A stretch of 64,000 nt of DNA, taken from IMG/VR virus record IMGVR_UViG_2565956658_000004, positions 1-64,000 of that record; one strand, given 5' to 3'. The notes below the pieces were generated by a model. It saw nothing but the letters and a program-made list of their open reading frames with translations. It was not told the DNA's origin and made no database searches. The DNA comes from a virus. Lineage: Duplodnaviria; Caudoviricetes. This document shows, in pieces, positions 41,213 through 47,382 of the stretch. A program made the translations under genes and the position numbers. How positions within the stretch are numbered: the first letter of the stretch is position 1; every line of letters begins with the position of its first letter.

Positions 41213-41767
41213 ATGCTGATTAATCGAGAACGTGAAAAAATCATAAATTTGGTGGCTTATTTTGCAGATAATGTAAATTATCTTGGCAAAACAAAGTTAT
41301 TCAAATTGCTTTATTTTGTTGATTTCGAACATTACAAATTGACTGGTCGTAGTGTTACTGGTTTAGATTATTATGCATGGAAAATGGGACCAGTTCCTAC
41401 AATGTTGTTTGATGAAATAGAACGACCTGAGCCAGACATGCAGGAAAAGGTAAAGGTGCAGCAAAAGACTTTACAGAATAATAAAAAGATGTTCTGCATT
41501 GAGGCTATTGCTCAGTTTGATAGTCGATTATTTACCAAAAGAGAATTACGACTTATAGGGGAATTTGCTCAAAAATATAAAGAAGCGAAAGCGGAAGACA
41601 TGGTTGAAGCCACTCATTTGGAAAATCTACCATGGAGTAAAATCTATAACTCCCCAACAGGCAAGCAGAAAATAATTCCATATGAGTTGGCATTAAGAAC
41701 TCAAGAGTTGGAAGAAATGAAAGCCTTTATAAGTGAAAGACAAGATTTTATTGGTTTGTTTAAATGA
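41213..41767 (+). CDS. Panacea-domain (DUF4065/SocA-like) antitoxin
   Basis: KTKLFKLLYFVD...AWKMGPVP...TH...PW. Confidence 0.85.
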   Translation: MLINREREKIINLVAYFADNVNYLGKTKLFKLLYFVDFEHYKLTGRSVTGLDYYAWKMGPVPTMLFDEIERPEPDMQEKVKVQQKTLQNNKKMFCIEAIAQFDSRLFTKRELRLIGEFAQKYKEAKAEDMVEATHLENLPWSKIYNSPTGKQKIIPYELALRTQELEEMKAFISERQDFIGLFK

Positions 41768-42177
41768 ATGATGTAGGTTCGGTTTTTCTTCATAAAGAAT
41801 TTGAGTTTGCTGATGGTGGAAAAGCACAAAAATTCTTTGTAGTTATTGGTAGGCATAATGGGGTTGTGATTGCTGCTAAAACAACTTCACAGCAACATGG
41901 GCGTGGGATTAGTTATGGCTGTCAACCTTCAGACAGATTCCATAATTTTTATCTACCTACAGGTAGTTGTTACTTTGACAAGTGTACATGGGTTTGTCTT
42001 GATGAATTTTATGAGTTTTCGGACTCTGAGTTATTTAATGCAAGGTTTAGTGGCACGGTTCGATTTACTTGTACTCTTGATGCTGCACATATGAAAATAT
42101 TACAGGACTGCGCAAAGGAGAGCGAAGACATAACATCAATTCAGGAAAATATTATTAATAATAGCATTGTGCAATAA
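41764..42177 (+). CDS. PemK/MazF-like putative toxin
   Basis: F-x-D-G...K-FFVVIG...KTTSQ pattern; ATGA-coupled to the Panacea gene. Confidence 0.6.
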   Translation: MNDVGSVFLHKEFEFADGGKAQKFFVVIGRHNGVVIAAKTTSQQHGRGISYGCQPSDRFHNFYLPTGSCYFDKCTWVCLDEFYEFSDSELFNARFSGTVRFTCTLDAAHMKILQDCAKESEDITSIQENIINNSIVQ

Positions 42178-42299
42178 AATTATTAATCATCTGCGTGATT
42201 AATAAGAATTGTTTAAAGAATGGTTCAAAACTTTGCATGGAATGGAAATAGAGTTAAAATGAACAAAATATGCATATTTTTTAGACATAAGGTGGTTCA

Positions 42300-43037
42300 A
42301 TGGTAGCCCCGATACCGAAAACAAAAGCAGTCGAATTGTTAGCGGAACTTTCTAGCTATGAGAGATTGCAAGTTGTCATGTCTGAATTTAATACAAATAA
42401 ATTTTTAAGAGATATTAAAAAACTATTTGATAGTAAGGTAGACATTGCTAATTTGTGGATATGTAAAGGGTTTGTTTATTCTTTATCTAATCAACCTGAA
42501 GCGATGGTTGATGCTTTTAGAAATGCACAAAAATTAGGTGCAACTGATAAATACTCAATGTTCAACCAGGCTACACAATATATTCTTCATGGATATTATG
42601 AAAATGCCATCGAGGCATTAGTATTAAGTAAGGATGATGTAGCCCAAGAACAGCTTGAAAGAATCGCTATCTCGACTTTTGATTATGATCAGATCGAACA
42701 GCATGACTTAAGTGTAGTGGCAAAAAATAATTTATTAAAAAGAAAATCAAGATTAGCTGAGCTAGGTATTGATATTAATGAGGCAAAGGTACTCATGAAT
42801 GCTTTCTTTCAAATATTAAAAAGTCGTAAATGTAGGTTTGGTTTGGTACATCATGATACTAATCAAGACGAATATTATCTGCATTTTGAGGCTGTTACTG
42901 ATATTGATATGACACATTCAGTTTTGAATGAGTTTGACATTTATATTGCTGAGCATCCAGAGCTTTATAAAGTTAATTCTAAAATTAATATTGTACTCAC
43001 GCCTATTTCATCAATTAGACATAATTCTGTAGCGTAA
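42300..43037 (+). CDS. TPR-like helical protein partnered with HEPN
   Basis: TPR-like LWICKGFVYS...AFRNA; 1 bp from the HEPN gene. Confidence 0.6.
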   Translation: MVAPIPKTKAVELLAELSSYERLQVVMSEFNTNKFLRDIKKLFDSKVDIANLWICKGFVYSLSNQPEAMVDAFRNAQKLGATDKYSMFNQATQYILHGYYENAIEALVLSKDDVAQEQLERIAISTFDYDQIEQHDLSVVAKNNLLKRKSRLAELGIDINEAKVLMNAFFQILKSRKCRFGLVHHDTNQDEYYLHFEAVTDIDMTHSVLNEFDIYIAEHPELYKVNSKINIVLTPISSIRHNSVA

Positions 43038-43038
43038 C

Positions 43039-43446
43039 ATGAGTTTTAAGCCACAACATAGACTGAGTTATGCTCTCGAGCTTTATGATTCTGAATTTTC
43101 AGGTGAGGTACATAATCGATGTATCATTCATCAAGCATATTACGCAGCTTTGAATCAGGTTCAATACGAAATTGAGAATCGACTTTTTTTTATTGTTGAT
43201 GATGAGGATCGCAAAAAGCAGTCACACAAGGCGTTTATAGATGCCTGTGAAAATCAGTTGGGAAAATTGGTTGCTGGTGATGTCCGTAGACAATTGTTGG
43301 TCTCTATTGTCAATAACTTGCGTAGAGCAAAAAGACTGCGAGAAACTGCTGATTACAGATTAGATTCAAATATTGATAAAACCAGTGCTCAGGTTGCATT
43401 AAGACATGCTCAGGAAATATTTGATACTCTAGAGCAATTTGATTGA
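43039..43446 (+). CDS. HEPN-domain protein
   Basis: QAYYAA, SH and R-x2-ADY (RETADY) motifs. Confidence 0.8.
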   Translation: MSFKPQHRLSYALELYDSEFSGEVHNRCIIHQAYYAALNQVQYEIENRLFFIVDDEDRKKQSHKAFIDACENQLGKLVAGDVRRQLLVSIVNNLRRAKRLRETADYRLDSNIDKTSAQVALRHAQEIFDTLEQFD

Positions 43447-43473
43447 AAAAAAACCTGCAATTGCAGGGTTTTT
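43447..43473. terminator. Bidirectional terminator
   Basis: AAAAAAACCTGCAATTGCAGGGTTTTT between convergent genes. Confidence 0.7.
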
Positions 43474-43506
43474 AATAGTTGATTCGCAAGTCGAATGATG
43501 TCAACA

Positions 43507-44322
43507 CTATTTGATTTGATTCATGACACTTTGCACTTGTTCTTTAGTTAAAGGCTTCATTTTTTCATTCATACAAGCACTATAATCTTCAATAATCATA
43601 TTTTCTTGTTTAGTAATTAATTCATCTTTTAGACAACGATCCTTTTCACATTTACTGTTTCGCACTAGCTTCTTAAAATCATCATATCTTTTAGTATTCG
43701 CATTTTTGGTTTTTAAAATATTAAATAATTTCTCTGAGTAAGCTAAATATTTCTCTCTATTTCTAGGGTTTATAACTTGATCAGGGTCTTGTCCAATTAA
43801 CGAATGTAATAGATGCCCAAACTTAGGTGCATATGCTCTTTCTTGCTTTGAATTTAATTCTCCATCAGTATGGGCATATGCATCCGCATATGCATGTATC
43901 AATAGCCCCGCTTTCCATATATCTTCAGGATCTTTTAGGTTGTTTTTTATTGCATTTTCTATAGATTTTCTTCTAGTTTTAATATCCTCACTATTGCCAC
44001 CATGCAATGAGTGAAGTTTAGTTACTACATCGTTGGTAAATTCATTACTTGCAAAAGGAAACTTATTTTTAACTGCATTCACAATTGCATCGTATTTTTT
44101 ATAAGCATCAGGATATTGTGAGAAATAAGTTAACGCCATTGTATCTGAGATGTTTCTTCCAGCTATTCTAGATACCATATAAGATGTAGTTGAGTGCCCC
44201 ACGCTACTTGATTTATTAGTACTTGGAGCACATTCTATTACTGCATCGAAAGGACTTAGTTCACCAGCAAAGGCCGTTGAACTAAAAAGCGATAACAAGC
44301 TAAGTAAAAGAACTTTTTTCAT
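43507..44322 (-). CDS. Secreted protein with Zn-dependent phospholipase C/P1 nuclease-like motif
   Basis: Signal peptide MKKVLLL...AFA; SQYPD, LHSL, HAYADAYAH, GH...PD. Confidence 0.6.
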   Translation of the reverse strand: MKKVLLLSLLSLFSSTAFAGELSPFDAVIECAPSTNKSSSVGHSTTSYMVSRIAGRNISDTMALTYFSQYPDAYKKYDAIVNAVKNKFPFASNEFTNDVVTKLHSLHGGNSEDIKTRRKSIENAIKNNLKDPEDIWKAGLLIHAYADAYAHTDGELNSKQERAYAPKFGHLLHSLIGQDPDQVINPRNREKYLAYSEKLFNILKTKNANTKRYDDFKKLVRNSKCEKDRCLKDELITKQENMIIEDYSACMNEKMKPLTKEQVQSVMNQIK

Positions 44323-44415
44323 TTTTATTCCCCTTATGTATATAAAATTTAATAATAAACAGACATATGAGGGGAAAGTCAAACTTATTTTTCTGGCGCT
44401 TCTTTGCTTGCCTTA

Positions 44416-44503
44416 TTTCTAAATCATCTGTGAGATGAACAACCATGGGTAAATCGCAATCGTATTCAACAAACTTTTCTAAATCATCTATGCGATGAAC
44501 AAC
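44416..44503 (-). CRISPR. Type I-F mini-array: two 28-nt repeats and one 32-nt spacer, no cas genes
   Basis: Minus strand: GTTGTTCATCGCATAGATGATTTAGAAA, spacer AGTTTGTTGAATACGATTGCGATTTACCCATG, GTTGTTCATCTCACAGATGATTTAGAAA; TCATC/GATGA hairpin and TTTAGAAA handle. Confidence 0.9.
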
Positions 44504-44623
44504 TAGAGAAATCTAACAACAATCTCTCTAGCTTCATTAAGATAGCACAACTTTTGCTGTGCCACCTTTTTTTTGTACAGGTGGTTAATTCATTGTTTTC
44601 AATGAAATTAATTTAGCGACCAC
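44504..44623 (-). promoter_or_regulatory. Putative CRISPR leader
   Basis: Non-coding, AT-rich, abuts the consensus-like repeat; inverted repeats and IHF-like AAACAATGAATTA. Confidence 0.5.
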
Positions 44624-44642
44624 TTGCAGGGTTTTTTATCGA

Positions 44643-45527
44643 CTATTTGCCTCTAAAAAATTTTATCAATTCAGATTGTTTAAGGTGATAAGGGTAATCT
44701 TGCATTATCCTTGCATCTATTTCTTTAGTTCGTTCAACTCCTAAAGTCAAACTAGCTGAAAATGCCCCATCAGAAAAATGACTTTGGATATCTGATGCCA
44801 TTTTTGGATTGAGTAATCTGATCGAGTCTGAGTAACAAATCCACCATCTAGAAACCCACATCATATGTAACGCTGTATTATTTGCATGGCTCTCAAAGTT
44901 TGGGCTCTTCGATTGATATTTTTTTTCTGCATTGCTATACAGCGCAATCAAATGGTGAACATACTCAACTGCAACAGGAATTGATTCAAATGGGATTTCG
45001 TCAATGTGCTCAACATTGAAGCGCTGGTGAACAAGTTTATATGCATCGCTGTAACTTAAATGCTTGGTCTTAGCTACAAGCATGTTTACAGCATTGGTTA
45101 GCGGTTCTCGGTCAGATTTATGCGTTTTGGCTAAAAATTCCTTACGGACAAAATAGCAATCTTCAAGCTGCTCGAATACTTCCCAAGCTTGGTCAGTGTC
45201 GAGCATTTTAGCGTGTCGTGCTGCACCGCGTTCTGTCCAGAGGGTCAACACACGTGTTTTGGATGAAATTTGTGTGTGAATATTATTCACGAGCAAATCA
45301 TTTGTGAGTAGCTTTAAACTACTCACAAAATCTTTGAGTTCTTGGCCAGCAATTTTGAAGAAGTGTTTACCCTCAACAAAACGTTGTTTGTTGTTTGAAA
45401 AGTTTTTACGAATATTGTCTGTGTCGGTGCCATAGAAGCCGGAAAGCATTTCGGTAGTAATAACAGGAATGGATTTGAAGTTTATAATTGATACTTGCGT
45501 ATCATTGATTTGTGCTAAACTTGCCAT
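44643..45527 (-). CDS. ant: Phage antirepressor (ORF6N-type N-terminus, P22-Ant-like C-terminus)
   Basis: PVITTEMLSGFYG, RFVEGKHFF, LWTERGAARHAKMLDTDQAWEV; AGGA RBS before ATG 45527. Confidence 0.85.
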   Translation of the reverse strand: MASLAQINDTQVSIINFKSIPVITTEMLSGFYGTDTDNIRKNFSNNKQRFVEGKHFFKIAGQELKDFVSSLKLLTNDLLVNNIHTQISSKTRVLTLWTERGAARHAKMLDTDQAWEVFEQLEDCYFVRKEFLAKTHKSDREPLTNAVNMLVAKTKHLSYSDAYKLVHQRFNVEHIDEIPFESIPVAVEYVHHLIALYSNAEKKYQSKSPNFESHANNTALHMMWVSRWWICYSDSIRLLNPKMASDIQSHFSDGAFSASLTLGVERTKEIDARIMQDYPYHLKQSELIKFFRGK

Positions 45528-45597
45528 GTCAGTTTTCCTTGTTCGGAAGTTGATAACTAGCCCCATAAATCTTGGTCGAGGAGTGGGGCTTTTTTTT

Positions 45598-45661
45598 ATC
45601 CCCATTGGGGATGTATTTAATTTATAACCACAAAAACCTATTGTCAATCCCCAATGGGGAT
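45598..45661 (-). promoter_or_regulatory. Pant promoter flanked by two palindromic operators
   Basis: ATCCCCATTGGGGAT (45598-45612) and ATCCCCAATGGGGAT (45647-45661) bracket minus-strand TTGACA-17-TAAATT. Confidence 0.8.
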
Positions 45662-45706
45662 ATTACTATTAATTTAATAAATCGAAATTTTGTTAGAGAA
45701 ATAGAT

Positions 45707-46069
45707 ATGGCTAGAAATCTTGATGTTGAATACAAGATGCGTATGACGCAAGAGCTTAAGGAAAAGATTGTTGAATCAGCAAAATTTCATAACCGTTCTA
45801 TGAATGCTGATATTGTTGCGAGAATTGAACAAAGTTTTGAGCCTGATTTTTTTAAAATAACAAAATTGAATGACTTAGAAGAACCCGCAGCCTCCATCGA
45901 AATTGGTGCTATAACAATTGGTTTGTATGAATCTCAATACAAAGAGATCAAACTAACGCAACTAGGTCTTAATTATTGGCTCTTAAGTTACCATGCTGTT
46001 TTGTGTCATCTAAGAGATGAGAGTGCCAAGCAACTTATTGAGCTGGGTTGTGCCTACACCACATTGTAA
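45707..46069 (+). CDS. Arc/Mnt-family repressor
   Basis: YKMRMTQELKEKIVESAKFHNRSMNADIVARIE. Confidence 0.85.
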   Translation: MARNLDVEYKMRMTQELKEKIVESAKFHNRSMNADIVARIEQSFEPDFFKITKLNDLEEPAASIEIGAITIGLYESQYKEIKLTQLGLNYWLLSYHAVLCHLRDESAKQLIELGCAYTTL

Positions 46070-46118
46070 ATCTAGATTTTAAAGAGGATATAAACATATT
46101 CAGTATTTTAAATCATGA

Positions 46119-47249
46119 TTAATTACACTGCACCATACCACCAATATCTCGACACACCCCACCATTTTGCTGAAAATAAGTGCCATTATTGCCTGCATAT
46201 CGGTTGCCTTGGTTATCCCAACACCCTGATCCATCGCAACTCGTCATATGCGTGGACTGTGGTGCTGGAGCGGGGGTGGTCATTGGTGTTGAGTTGTTGA
46301 TGGTAGTGTAATCATCGTAACGAGTTTTAGAACTTGAGTAGCTGTCGGTATTTTGATAATAATCGTTTGAAGTTAGAGAGCTTGTATCCTCTGTAGAGCG
46401 TGTACGATAAACGTACTTATTGCTATTGCTGTCATCGTATGAATGGTAATTGTTTGAATAACTTGACGTAGTTCCCAAATTATTATTTTGTCTTTCTTGT
46501 TGAGGTGGTGTGGTTGTTCCGTTATTCAAATCCATTTCCCGAGGCTTCACATCATGATTCTGTGGGTTTTGTTGCACAAACTGAGCAAAAGGGTTTTCTT
46601 CTTTCTTTTCTTGTGGCTTAACAAATTGAGCAAACGGATTCTGTTGATTAGTGGTTTGCTGTAGTTGATTATCTTGAGTTGGGTTTTTCCGCTGCACTAA
46701 GCTCGAACCAACAGCTATAAAAATAAAGGTAGTAACAAATAAAATCACTGTGGCGCTAACTAGTGGTATCCACCAAGATTTTTTTTGATATCTATTATTT
46801 AAAGTTTCCTTAACATATTTTGTCTGTTTTCTTGCATAGGCGAAATACCAAATAATGATATACCAAAAGCCTAAACCTCTTGCTACAGTTGTGGATTGCT
46901 CAAGATTAGCATCGGCTAAATACGAAAGAAAATTAATGAATAAAATAAATACAATGGTAAAAATCAACCAGTTTCTCGCATTACTCGCTTCATTTGAGTT
47001 GCCGAGAGCTTGCCAATTTTTCATTTGTAAAAATGAACCGAAAATAGGAGTAAACAGTAAGCTCCAATTTGCAGCCGCATTTGGATTCCACAATTCGATT
47101 TGTTTTTTTCTTGGTTGCGGTGATTCTGTTTTTATTGGCTGTTGATGTGTTTGTGCAGGCTGAATATTTTTAATTTCTAATTTATTACCACAGCTACTAC
47201 AAAACTTAGCATCGTTACTATTCGTTTGCCCACATTGATTACAGAACAT
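46119..47249 (-). CDS. Zinc-ribbon inner-membrane protein with long polar C-terminal tail
   Basis: CNQC/CSSC ribbon, 3-4 TM helices, NPFAQF repeat, Cys-paired C-terminus. Confidence 0.8.
   Translation of the reverse strand: MFCNQCGQTNSNDAKFCSSCGNKLEIKNIQPAQTHQQPIKTESPQPRKKQIELWNPNAAANWSLLFTPIFGSFLQMKNWQALGNSNEASNARNWLIFTIVFILFINFLSYLADANLEQSTTVARGLGFWYIIIWYFAYARKQTKYVKETLNNRYQKKSWWIPLVSATVILFVTTFIFIAVGSSLVQRKNPTQDNQLQQTTNQQNPFAQFVKPQEKKEENPFAQFVQQNPQNHDVKPREMDLNNGTTTPPQQERQNNNLGTTSSYSNNYHSYDDSNSNKYVYRTRSTEDTSSLTSNDYYQNTDSYSSSKTRYDDYTTINNSTPMTTPAPAPQSTHMTSCDGSGCWDNQGNRYAGNNGTYFQQNGGVCRDIGGMVQCN
46572..46642 (-). repeat. 71-bp inverted repeat, left copy
   Basis: Reverse complement matches 47390-47460 at 70/71 positions. 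Confidence 0.95.
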
Positions 47250-47316
47250 TTCCCCACCAAAAAATTTAATAATTATATAAAGTTACGATAGAGTATTTTT
47301 TAAACTTCTTCAATAC

Positions 47317-47358
47317 ACCCCTCTAAGGTTCGACCATTTTCATTATAAAAATCATGAT
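47317..47358 (+). promoter_or_regulatory. Late-promoter motif copy 6
   Basis: ACCCCTCTAAGGTTCGAC ... CATGAT. Confidence 0.7.
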
Positions 47359-47382
47359 AGACGCATATTTTAGGAGTGCGTC

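Noticed and set aside
44382-45647. Extended ORF-track starts for 43507..44382 and 44643..45647 (also 45572)
   Set aside because: Downstream ATGs have RBSs, and the extensions run through promoter and operator DNA.
45720-45752. Partial match of the CRISPR spacer (TGTTGAATAC) to the Arc-family gene
   Set aside because: Only 10 contiguous nt; the first four seed bases mismatch, there is no CC PAM, and further matching needs a gap.
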